Source: Piromyces finnis finn (lineage: Eukaryota > Fungi > Neocallimastigomycota). From it: a stretch of 64,000 nucleotides of DNA. The DNA is taken from NCBI GenBank assembly GCA_002104945.1, contig MCFH01000012.1, forward strand, positions 496,001 to 560,000, in the 5' to 3' direction. The notes under the pieces were generated by a model. The model did no database searches. It saw only the letters and a list, made by a program, of their open reading frames with translations, and was not told the DNA's origin. Below are positions 1 to 12,131 of the stretch, in pieces (positions within the stretch are counted from its first letter, which is position 1; every line of letters begins with the position of its first letter). A program made the position numbers and the translations under genes.

Positions 1-558
1 ACACTGGCAACATGAACAATAATATGAATAATAATGGTAATAATACCATGAACACTGGCAACATGAACAATAATATGAATAATAATGGTAATAATACCAT
101 GAATAGTGGCAACATGAATAACAATAATATGAATAATATGAATAACAATAATAACAGTATAAACAGTAACAATAGTATGAATAATAATATGAATATGATT
201 AATATGAACAATAAACAACCTTCTTCACTTCCACCCGACAATAATCCTCAAAACTATGATGTAATTAATACACTAGCATCATTAGCAAATGTAGCTACTG
301 CTGTTGATAATAGAATGGACGGTCGTCCAGATCCTCGTTATAACCCCCCAAATAATAATGGCAATGGTAATAATAATGGTTAGTTTTTTTTTTTTTTTTA
401 ACAATATTTATTTAATTAAATGAAATAGATAGATAGATAGATATAGATGTAAGCTAGCGTTTCTCTAAGAACCATCATTTGGGGCTTACTCTGATAGATG
501 AGAGAAATGCACTCGGAAATTAAAAAAAAAAAAAGATATAGATGTAGATAGATATTTT

Positions 559-593
<35 letters not shown>

Positions 594-1868
594 TTCCAAA
601 TAGAAATATATTATTTAATAATGCTATTGATTTGTATTTAACATGATGTGTTTAAAATAAATAATTTTAAAAAAAAAAAAAAATTATAATCATTAATAGT
701 ATATAACAATTATATTTAAATAAATATAGACATGAGCAATAATGACAAAAGAATGATGCCAAATATGAATAATCCAATGCCACCACCAAACAAGCCAAAC
801 TTGAATCAAAACACCAACAGTAATAATAACAACAACAATAATAATAATAATAGCAACAGTAGCAATAATAACAATGCAAATCAAAATAAGAGTCCAATAG
901 GAAACCAAGGATCTTCAGATAAAGCCTTACCCATGAATAATGAAGCCGTTAAAAATTCTAATAGTCTTTTTGATAATATAAGAAATCCAAATTCTAGTGT
1001 TCTACCAAATCAAAATAACAATTCAAATGGAAATACAAGCAGCAGTAACAATAATAGCATTAGTGACAAAAATAAGATAAATGAAAATCCAAATCCTATG
1101 AAACCAGGACCAATGAATCGTATCAATAGTACTTCATCCAACAGTATAAATGCATCAACTCCAATGAAAGAAGATAATTCATCGAAGGTTTCTCCACGTT
1201 CAATGTCAGCTTCTAGTATCAATCATTCCAACAATGTCTCTTCTCAACAAATGAATAATACTAATTCTAAAAGCATATCTATGAATATTAATAATAGCAA
1301 TGGTAATAATATTATTATGAATAATAATAATCTTAATAACAATATTCTTCCTACTACCCCTTCAAATCTAAATTCCGATCCAAAAAATAGCCTTATGGAC
1401 AATAGAAATACTAACACAAAGACAAATACCATTGCAGGTAACACGAGCAGTACCAACAACATTAAATCTAACACTACCTCAATGAATACACCAATTAATA
1501 CACCAATTAACGCTCCAATGAATACGTCAATTAATATCAGTAGTCAAAGTAGCAATAAGTTAAATAATAGTCAAAACAACACTAATACCAATAATCCGAA
1601 TAAAGCTAATATACCAACACCAAAGCCAAATACATCATCCATTAATAACCCATCTACAATGGCTATTAAACAACAACCATCCTTTGACAAAAAAGAAAAT
1701 ATCAATAATAATAATGATAATGGAAAGCTTTTAAATAATCCAAGTGTAGGAAGTCCAATAAATAATGTCGGTATTGGTAACAAAAGAATATACAATGAAA
1801 ATAGTAGTACAAATGATATTAATAATGATCCTAAAAGACTCAAGACAATGATGGAACCAAAAAAATAA
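1..1868 (+). CDS. Asn-rich low-complexity (prion-like) protein, 5' partial, at least 2 exons
   Basis: ORFs 12-383 and 732-1868 join in frame through a GT-AG intron at 379-729 (g|ac = Asp, then ATG at 732). Two 51-bp repeats at 1-102 encode NTGNMNNNMNNNGNNTM. The C-terminus PKRLKTMMEPKK is NLS-like. Confidence 0.7.
452..533 (+). mobile_element. 5'-truncated SINE copy (3' tail only) in intron 1 of the Asn-rich gene
   Basis: gcgtttctctaagaaccatcatttggggcttactctgatagatgagagaaatgcactcggaaatt plus poly(A) closely matches the reverse complement of 11597-11660. Flanked by a 13-bp direct repeat agatatagatgta (439-451 and 534-546). Confidence 0.85.
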
Positions 1869-2104
1869 AAAGTTTTGTTTTTCTTTTTTTTATCAGTTAT
1901 TTCCCCCTTTTTCTTTTTATTTTTATTTTTAAAAAATAGTAATATTTTTAATGTTTTTTTTTTTTTTTTTTCAATAGTTTATAAAATATTGAACATCATT
2001 TTATTTATTTTCAAACAAGAATTCTTTTATGTACTATAAAAAGGTATTATAATATATGTTTATATATGTTTTATCTTTCTGATTTAAAATACCGCCATTT
2101 AATA

Positions 2105-2138
<34 letters not shown>

Positions 2139-2450
2139 CATTAGAAACCATTATTTGCCAATATAAAATCTATATATACAAGTTTTCTTTTTTTTTTTTT
2201 TTTTTTTTTAATAAAGGAGAAGAAAGGAAAAAGAAAATAATAATAAAGAATAAAATATAAAAAAAAAAAATAAAGATATTTCAAGCAAATGTTGTTGTTA
2301 TTGTTGTTTTCTATTAATAAAAAAAGAAAGGAAAGAAGAAAGTTGAATTTTTTAAATATTAATATAAATTTTTTTTAAAAAAAATATTTTTTTTAAAAAA
2401 AAAAAAAAAGAAAAATTGAATCTTTTTTTTTTTTTTTTTTTTACACAAAG

Positions 2451-3747
2451 ATGGAAGTAAGCATCATTTTCAATGAATATTTTTTTTTTTTTTTTTTCTT
2501 AATAAAATAAACCATGTAAAAATGTAAAAATAATAAATTCTATTCTTAAAAAATAATAATAATAATAATAATAATAATACAAATTAATACAAATGATAAA
2601 AGAAAAACTTGAAAAAAAAAAAAAAAAAAAAAAAAAATAATAATAATAATAATAATATATATATATATATATATTAACAATATCTTTTTTTTTTTTTTTA
2701 CTTTTTCACATATAAATTTAAAAATTTTACATTTGAACAACACTTTTTTTTTTTTTTTTTGTATATAATAAAAAGATTCAAAAAGAATTCGACAGTATAA
2801 TTTCAAAGTATGTATCTTTTTATTTTTTTAATCCTTTTCTTTTTCACTCTCTCTTTCTATTAATATTGACCATTTCTCATAAAAATATTGTTATTTCCTT
2901 AACTATTGAATATTTGAATATTAAGATATTTACTTTTTCTTTTAAAATATATATACATTATAAAGGACTCAAGGTTTACAAGCTATAATAGTTAGTGATA
3001 AAGATGGTGTCATATTAATTCAATGTACATTTCATTTCAATATTTTTTCCTATTTATCTATCTATATATATATATACCTTTTTTTTAAAAAAAAACAATT
3101 TTATAAAAATTAAATTTTATTTTCATAAATTTTATTAATATTTCTTAAAATTCATCCCTCCATTGATTTATAGCTACCAACCCTGCATTTACTCTAGATA
3201 GTATAGACTCATCGTTAGCAACCTCATTTGCTGTTGCTTGTGATCAAGTAAATATTTTATATACATATGAATTTTTTAACGTTTACACATATTAAATATA
3301 TTTTGAAATAGAAATTTATCGTATACATATAAAAATATAAAATAACACTTATTTAATAATAATTACTATTTTTATTATATATATTAAATGTATATTCTAT
3401 TTATCTTGAAAGATTGGTAAAATCGGTCTTAGTAAAAATAAGAGTATAACCACTTTTTATAAATATCACCAAATAATTCAATTTAACTATCATCCTTTAA
3501 TTATTACTTTTATTGCGGATAAAAATTCTAATACTGGTACATATATATAATTAATAATTTTATATAATAGGATATTTCCTTCTTTTTTTTTTTTTATTAT
3601 TTGAAATTACAATTAATACCTTTTTTTAATACTTTTTTCTATGTGTTATAAAATATAACTATTGATAAAGGTTATTTATTAAACATTGGTGCTGAATTTG
3701 AAAATCAATTAAGTACAATAGCAAATTCTATTATTAATTCAGAATAA
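2451..3747 (+). CDS. LAMTOR3: Ragulator complex subunit LAMTOR3 (MP1) homolog, 6 exons
   Basis: Exons 2451-2456, 2776-2807, 2966-3024, 3174-3247, 3413-3536 and 3671-3747 splice in frame to MEIQKEFDSIISKTQGLQAIIVSDKDGVILIQSTNPAFTLDSIDSSLATSFAVACDQIGKIGLSKNKSITTFYKYHQIIQFNYHPLIITFIADKNSNTGYLL... This matches the LAMTOR3 hallmarks GLxAIvVSDrDGV, FAxAxDQ.xKLGLSKNKS and QFNxxPLxxxFIA...NTG. Confidence 0.9.
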
Positions 3748-3937
3748 ATACTTTAACTCTATACTAACCACCAGTAGATAACAATGTGAATATATAAAAA
3801 AAATACGAATAACACTAAAAAAAAATTAATAGTAATAATAAACCAGTCTATAACAATGTAATAAGAATAGCAAACAATAACAAACGATAACAATAATTAT
3901 AGTAATAAATGATATATAAAAAACCATTATTATATCA

Positions 3938-3973
<36 letters not shown>

Positions 3974-4904
3974 CATAAATATGATATATATTAAATAAAA
4001 ATAAAATAAAAATTGTTTATACAGCATTATACAGCAAAGTCTTTTACACCAAACATATATTCGTTTCTGTTTCTGCTTTATATATTTAATAAATAATTTT
4101 TTTTTATTAATAATAAATTATTAACTTTTTTTAAAAAAAAAATAATAATAATATATTTACTTCTTTTTATACATTTTATAAAGAAAAAAAAAAACGGAAA
4201 AGTAAGAAAAAAAGAAATATAATAATAAATATATAAGGTAAAAAAAAAATACAAAGCATTACAAAATATATTTATAGGGTTAGTTTTGTTGATTCATGAA
4301 ATATAATTTTGATATGTATAAAATACATATCGATTATTATTAATAATTATATACACATAATATAATATTTACTTCTTTACATAAATTATACAATATCATT
4401 AAATAACAGTATAATAAGAATAATAACATTATTAAAAACAGTAATATATTTACTGTTAGATTAAAAAAAAAAAAAAAAAGTATTATTAAAAAAAGGATAG
4501 TAAGGATCCTAATCTATTTATATATAGATAGTAGCTTTTTCGTTTGTATGTGTGTTTGTTTTTTGTTGGATTTTGTTGTTGATTTGTTGTTGTTTTGTTT
4601 GTTTCTTTTTAAATTATTGTTTTCCTTTCTTTTTTTTAGAAAAAAAAAAAAAAAAAAAACAATAATAATAAATAAATATATTTAAGAATTTTCTTAAATT
4701 TAAAAAAGTAGTGTACTTTTCTTAATAATATATTATAATTGTTGGTATTGGCTTTTTATATATATGTATATATATACATCATTCTTGTTTTAATATATAT
4801 AATATTTATATAACATTGAGTGTACACTACTTTTTATAATTATTTTATTGCTTCATATATGAAATATTTCTAGGTAGTAGTTTTTTTTTTTTTTTTTTTT
4901 GAAC

Positions 4905-5674
4905 TTAAACATTAATAATTTGGAATAAAAGGGCTAATCCAATAATAGTTGAAACAACACAAATCTTTTTTGATTTTGAATGAATTTCTGATAAATAAAT
5001 TTCAATACAAGAAGTTGTTAAAAGTATGCTAAAGTAAAGGGCTGAAGCATAATTTTGAATAAGAGCTATTCTTCTGAAAAGAAGATATGGAAGATAATGA
5101 CCAAACCATCCAATAAAGTTAATAATTGCACCTGTATTATAAACATTCTTTGATGAATATTTTTCTATATTAAATGGATCATAAAGGGATAAAAAAAAAA
5201 AAAAAAGTCATATATATATATAGCATTAATATATAGAAGTGTTATAATTTTTGGTTTGTTTTTATGGTTTATCATATTATTTTTCTTCATTATTTCATTA
5301 TAAAAAAATAGATTTAAAATTTTTACCAATAATATCTACATCGAAACAAGCAGTATTTTTATCATAAAGAATTTTTTTTAATAATACAATTGGGAAAGCA
5401 ATAAGTCCAGTGAAAGCAATATTCCAACTAAAAGTGTTTAATTTAAAATGTTGATATGGATCTTTATTAGAAAGCATAACAGTTACTATTTGTTTTTGTT
5501 TGTTTATTTTTTTTTTTTTTTTTTGAATTTGAATTTGAATTTGAATTTAAATTTAAATTTAATATATAATAAAAAAATAATAATAAAAAAATAAAAAAAA
5601 AAAAAAAAATTAGTTTTAATTATTCCTTTTAAGATTATTGTTATTTTGTTATTGCTGTTTCTATTATTGATTAA

Positions 5675-5706
<32 letters not shown>

Positions 5707-8313
5707 GAAAAAGACAATTTTGTATATAAATTAAGAATTACATTTATTAAGAGTTGGCCAGAAAAATGGTCTAAAGGTTTGTTCATAACCACCATATTCA
5801 CCAGTACTCATCTTCCATTTAAACATAAAATCTGAAATTGGATTTTTAGATAAAGAGAATGGTTCCTTTTTTAATCTTTTATGTTCTAATTATTTTTTAA
5901 TTTTTTTTAATAATAATTATGATATTTAATATAAAAAAAATAGGTATAATATATAGATATATTAATTATAATGTCAAGTATAAATATATTACATATATAT
6001 TATAGGAATTTAAATATGGATATACGTATAAATATAAATGGTATAAATATAAATATACTATAGTATATAATCTAGGTATGTAATTTATATTTACCTTCAT
6101 TGGTATAGACATATTCAAAGGTCCATACAGAACCTTCATGTTGACCCTTTCTACAAGTAATTCTTGGTTCACTTGCCCCATCTCTAACAAAAATAGAATT
6201 TGGTTCACTAGTTAAATAGCAATCTGCCCTAATATTATGTAATCTGAAATTGGTTTTACCGGTTTTAACACTATTAGATTTAAATATACCGGTAATTTCA
6301 ACTTTCCAGTATTCTTTAGAATCTAAAATTTTCAAATAGCCACCAGTAGTGACATTATAGTATGTATTCTTACTCTTTTTAAATTTTTCATTCTTTCTAT
6401 AAAATTAAAAAATAATAATTATAATATATTCATTATTAATTTCTTATTATAAAAAAAAGTATAAAAATTGACATAGAAATTTATAGACAATCTAATTTTT
6501 TATTATATTATTCATTATAAAAAAAAACTATTCAATTTTTCTTTTAAATTTCTTAAAATTATTAATAAATTTAAAATATATATATATATATATACATACT
6601 TTGTATTAATTCTTAAAAATTTCTTATTTTCATTGCTTCTTAAACGAATATACGACATATGTTTTAATTTATCGGAATTTGTTTTTGAATCGGATCTAGA
6701 AATGGTCCAAAGAGAATTTGGCTTTATTTCAAGACTATTATAAATTTCAGTATTGTTAAAGTTAATGTCGAGAACGCTATTAAAACTTAAATAACCATCA
6801 TAATCAACATTCTTAATAAGTGCTTCGGAATTATAAATGGCTTCAGTATTAATTTTATCTTTTAAAAATGAATATTCCTTAGAAGTATTAAGATCACTTC
6901 TTGGTATAACCGATGAAATACAAAGTGAAATAACTAAAGGTAATCCAAGAGAAGTTATAAATGAACCTGCCATTTTTCGTGTAATTTCACCCTAAATTAA
7001 GTTTCATCATGAAAATAATAATAGTATAGATATGTAATAATAAATTAGTAAAAATAAATATTACAAAGTGTGTTAAACATTTTTCTTATAGTATAGTGCA
7101 TTATTATCATTCTCTTTTTAATATATTGATACTTACATTGGATAACTTGTTATTTCTTTTAATTTCAAAACTATTTTTTGCTGAAATGAAAATACCGGTT
7201 AAATAGGTAAAAATACCTAATATAATTTTTTGTTTTATTTTTGTAATTTGATAAATCATAATAGAGAGTTAGGCATAATACTGTATATCTATATATAAGA
7301 AAAGATATTATGATTTAAACTTACCATTCCAACTCAAACTAAATTATTGTAAATTTAAAAAAAAAAAAAAAGGAAATAAAAAGATAAAATAGTAATATCA
7401 TTAAACAATGATACTATTATAATATGTAGATTTAATATATTTTATATTATTCTATTTTTTTTTATTTATTTACCATAAAGTTAAACCAGAACTATAGTAT
7501 CATTTTTTTATATAATTTAAATGAAAAATATTATTATTAAACTATTTTTTTATATTTTTTTTTTATTTAAAATGATATAAATTATAATTTATGATATATT
7601 ACCATATGGCTAATAGATTTAAATAGAAAATTGTTGTAGATTATAATAGGATTTATAAAAAAAATAAATAAATAAAATTGTTAATTTGTAAATTTTATTA
7701 TTTCAATCCTTTTAAAATATATTTATTTTTTATGATATTTACAAGATCCCAAAACATATTTGTATTCTTCTGGATTGTAGTTTCTAAATAAATTATTATA
7801 TAAATAATTTTTATTAATATTTAAAAAAATGATATATTGTTTAATCTGAAATAGTAAAAAAAAATAGTATTACGATTTAGACCAATAGTAAACACAAACA
7901 AATAAAACTAAAGTATATGGAGCAAAGGTTGCATTTAATCTATACAATAACAATTATAAATATAAAAAAAAATAATAATGATTTTAATTTACATTTAATA
8001 CCCTATATCTTTTTTTATATATGAAAGATAAAAAAAAAAAAAAGAAATAGCATATGCATATAATATTTAATAATTACATTGAATTTGAATTATAAATGCT
8101 ATCTGATTATTCCAAATGACAATAATTAGGATGATGAAATAATATAATATATAAATAATAATATGATTAGATTATTTTATTTTCATGTATATTTTTAATT
8201 TTTTAATTTAGTAATCCTTTTTTTCGATATATTACTGAATAAAACTAATGATCCTCCAATTAATGAAGATAATTCAGAACTTCCAAAATTTTTAATGGAA
8301 AGGTAAGTTAACT

Positions 8314-8349
<36 letters not shown>

Positions 8350-9356
8350 ATTATGCATATGTATAATATTATAACATAATAATAATATTTTATGGATTTT
8401 ATTTATAAAATATAACTTACACAAATCAATATATTATTAATGACAGTTTGTACTAATTGAAAGTATGGTGATGTCTTTGGATTTGTAATATCAATGAATT
8501 CATTTGTATTTTCAACACTAAAAATAATTTAATTTAATAAATTTTAAATTATAATAAAAAAAATTAGAAATAAAATAAAACTTTTTATATTTTAAAATTT
8601 ATTTCAAAGTACAAAATTTTATCAAAAAATTACCCATAGTTTAACATTTTTTTAATAAAGAAAGGTTGATTATCTTTGTATATATATATAATAATGGAAA
8701 ATAAAAAATTTATAAATAATAATTAAAAGAATTATTACAAACAATTAGTATTTATTAAAGGAGGAAATAAAATAAATAAAAAAAAGAGAGAGAGAAAGGT
8801 AAATAATGATGATATATATGTTTTATTATTAGTTATTACCTAAATAAATATTTTTTTTAACATTATTTATTCCTTCATATGGCTTATATATATTGTAAAG
8901 GTTAATTCCTATTGATGCTAAACTTAATCCAGTTAAGAATATTTTATCATATTTGGTTAAACCTTTAGAAATATATTTATTTCCTTTTTTAAAATATCCA
9001 ATCTTCATTGTTCATAGTATAATAATATTAAAAGAAAAGAAAAAGAAAAAGAATATGTACATCATTGTTAATATATATTTATTTTTTTTTTTTTTTTTTG
9101 ATTAATTATTTTTTTAACATAAAGAAATATCAATACTAACATTTGATTTTGATTTATTATTATCATTAACTGTAAATGTAAAGATGTTACTAAGACTTGA
9201 CTTTTTTTCTTTTTTAGCATAATCATAACCATATCCATTATCATCATAGGATGAAATGTTTACATTTTTAGAATATTGACCATAAATATTATATTGATTA
9301 CTTCCATATTCATCTTCTTGTTTTTTATAATTTCTATTATAATATAAAACATCCAT
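4905..9356 (-). CDS. Divergent protein O-mannosyltransferase (PMT/POMT)-like protein, multi-exon
   Basis: Exon fragments follow PMT order: TM1 IFLTGLSLASIGINLYNIYKP (8860-8990); DNQPFFIKKML (cf. DVHPPxxKML, ~8635-8675); SPYFQL; LGLPLVISL...EAIYNSEALIKNVDYDGYL (6515-6973); MIR-like YWKVEI...FRLHNIRADCYLTS...WTFE (6072-6335); RPFFWPTLNK (~5745-5890); GWFGHYLPYLLFRRIALIQNYASALYFSIL (cf. GWxxHYxPF..RxLFxHHYLPAxYF); stop at 4905-4907. The start codon at 9356 and some internal exons are approximate. Confidence 0.7.
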
Positions 9357-9365
9357 TATTTCCTC

Positions 9366-9400
<35 letters not shown>

Positions 9401-10118
9401 TATAACCTTTTTTTTTTTTTTTTTCTTTTTCAATACTATTTAATAATGATTTCAAACTGTTTTATGATTTTATGTTTTATAATACGATATGATTTTAATA
9501 TAATGTAATAAAGGAAAAGAAGAAGATGAAGAAGAAATAAAAGAAGAAGAAGAAAAAAAGAAAGAAAAAAAGAAAATATATATTATTATTATTTAATAAA
9601 GAATAATAATAATAAAAATAAATGGAAATTAAAAAGAATAAAAAAAGAAAAACCTTTATAATATTTATAATTTATGATATCAATGTGATTTACTATAAGA
9701 TTTAATTATTATTTAAAAATAAAACAATTAGTTATAAAAATAATTTAACTCTATTGTATTATTATAATAAGTTCTTCCTTTTCTCTCTCTCTCTCTCTCT
9801 ATTTTTTTATAATGTATAATTTTAAAAATATTCTATCCAAATATTATGTATTATAGTTTTTATATGAAAATAAATAGAATTAAAATTTAAATTTATCTTT
9901 ATTCTTTTATTTATTTATTTATTTATTTATTTATCTATTTATTCATTCATTCATTCATTTACTTTTCAAAAAGAAAATGTTAAGGTTTCCTCTTCTTTTT
10001 TTTTTATCTCATCACAAATTAAAAAGATGAAAAAAAAACTTTAATAGCATCAACAAGTACTTTTGTACTTATTTTTGCTTTATTAATATTACTGTTGTTA
10101 TTGATATTAGTAGAGCTG

Positions 10119-10119
<1 letters not shown>

Positions 10120-10164
<45 letters not shown>

Positions 10165-10165
10165 G
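10120..10165. repeat. (TAG)n microsatellite
   Basis: Direct run of gtagtagtag at 10120-10165. Confidence 0.9.
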
Positions 10166-10959
10166 TAGTAATATTCTAAAAGATTATTTATTATACTTAA
10201 ATAATTCATTTTATAAAACTAAAAATGATATTCAAGTTATTATTTTTAGTGACAATAATCTTGAAAAAAATAAAGATTAAAATTTAATATAATGATATTG
10301 AAAAAAAAAAAAAAAAAATCATGATTAATTAGAAAACAAACTTTACCATTTATTATAATTATTCATAGGATAATTAAAAAAAGTTTTTTAATTATACGAG
10401 TAAAAATATTATATAGAAAAAGGTTTTTGGGTAACATTTCATGTTTTTTATAACTTTATTTATAAAATAATAATACTAATAATAATAAAAGTATAAACTA
10501 TTTAAAATTGAAATTATATAAATATATATATATAATACTAAAAATAGTTTAAATTTTTTGGTTTCAAATTTTATTATTTTTTTTTCTTTTCTCTCTTTCT
10601 ATGATAACAATTGAACCCAAAGTTAAAAATAGTTTAAAAATTTGATTTTTTTCAAGTTATTATCATTAAAGATAATTAGATTAACAACTATTGAAACAAA
10701 CCAAAAGTTTTAAACTATTTTATAAAAATATATCTATCAAAATTTATAAATATACCTATACATGAAAATAAAATTTTATTAAAGTTTAAATATTATTGTA
10801 TTTTTTCATCTCCCGTAAAAAGTGATATAAATATATACAAATACACAAAAACAGTTTGTTTGTCCTTTTGTTAATCTCTATAAATAATAAATCACAAATG
10901 TAAAGAATATTATTTTAATGGATCATCAATTAAAATAGATTATGTGTTTTAGTGTTTTT

Positions 10960-10990
<31 letters not shown>

Positions 10991-11540
10991 TATTAAATAT
11001 AGTAAAGTAGTAAAGAATTGTTTTTTTTTTACACATATATTTTTTATTTTATTTAACTAAAATATTATATCTTTTAAAATTTATGCATAAATTCTTTTAA
11101 GAACCTTCATAAAGAGAGAGTAAAATGTATGTTTTTCACTATCTCTAATTTCTCTAAATTTATTACTTCATTCCTTCATAAATACATCCTATTTTTTTCA
11201 AAAAGAAAATGAAAATGAGAAAATTACAAGTTTTGTGTTTTTTTCTTTTTTTAAAGTTTAAATAATATATTTTTAAAAAAAAAATATATATTACATATCA
11301 AATATTTTGTAATATAGGATAATTATTCATTAATTTTAGTATAATTAATGTCAAGTCTATTGTCTTTTAAAAAAAAAAATTCATTTATAGTATTGTTCCT
11401 TTTAAACAATACTCCTTTTATGATGATTACGCTATTTCATTACAATTCTATAATAACAGTATATTAGTATAATCATTTTTATGAATTTACGCTTTTAGTT
11501 CCTTCATAATTTATTATTTAAAAGTTGTTTATGGGACTAT

Positions 11541-11544
<4 letters not shown>

Positions 11545-11599
<55 letters not shown>

Positions 11600-12131
11600 T
11601 TCCGAGTGCATTTCTCCCATCGATCAGAGTTAGCTCCAATGGTGGTTCTTAGAGAAACGTTGGCTCATTCCTATTGCTAGGTGGTTGTGACCCTCCTGGT
11701 CTGTCATACTGTTTCTTCAGCTTCGACGCTCACTTAATCCATGTACATTAGATGCATGTCGTTGTACGATATTTCACAACTACAATGCTAAGCCTCTTAT
11801 AGTCAATTTGATCACGTGTCAACCGCCCCCTAATGTTTACACTTAAATTGATTAAGGAATATTATGTGTTTTTGGCATAGCCTAAGTCACCACTTATTAA
11901 GTTCTAATTTGGAATGTACCATGTACACTAGACCCTCTCAGGCCGGCTAGACGAGTGTTATTATCATAGTAGTAAATTAGAAAGTTCATTTATACTTACC
12001 TGAATATCATAACCCAACCCATGGCAAACCCAGTGGGAAAATCCACAGGCACTGACATCTGCGGGGTCGAACCAGAAGCCTTATGTATGCTAAGGAAACG
12101 CCTTAACAACCAGGATAAAAACTGGAACGAC
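11545..12131 (-). mobile_element. Full-length tRNA-derived SINE (~590 bp) with poly(A) tail and 13-bp TSD
   Basis: GC-richer island. Identical flanks gggactataaggt at 11533-11545 and 12132-12144. Poly(T) of about 50 nt on + at ~11545-11596. The 5' end on the minus strand has a degenerate A box (tcctggttgttaaggcg) and an exact B box GGTTCGACCCC (12063-12073). A second copy of the 3' tail lies at 452-533. Confidence 0.88.

Noticed and set aside
667-1843. Hydrophobic minus-strand ORFs opposite Asn-rich exons (also 39070-40841, 54992-58660 and 62555-62758)
   Set aside because: Antisense or off-frame shadows of real + or - strand genes.
9960-10280. ORF 10095-10280, or a minus-strand Thr-rich exon upstream of the PMT-like gene
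   Set aside because: Dominated by the (TAG)n repeat and could not be linked in frame to any gene.
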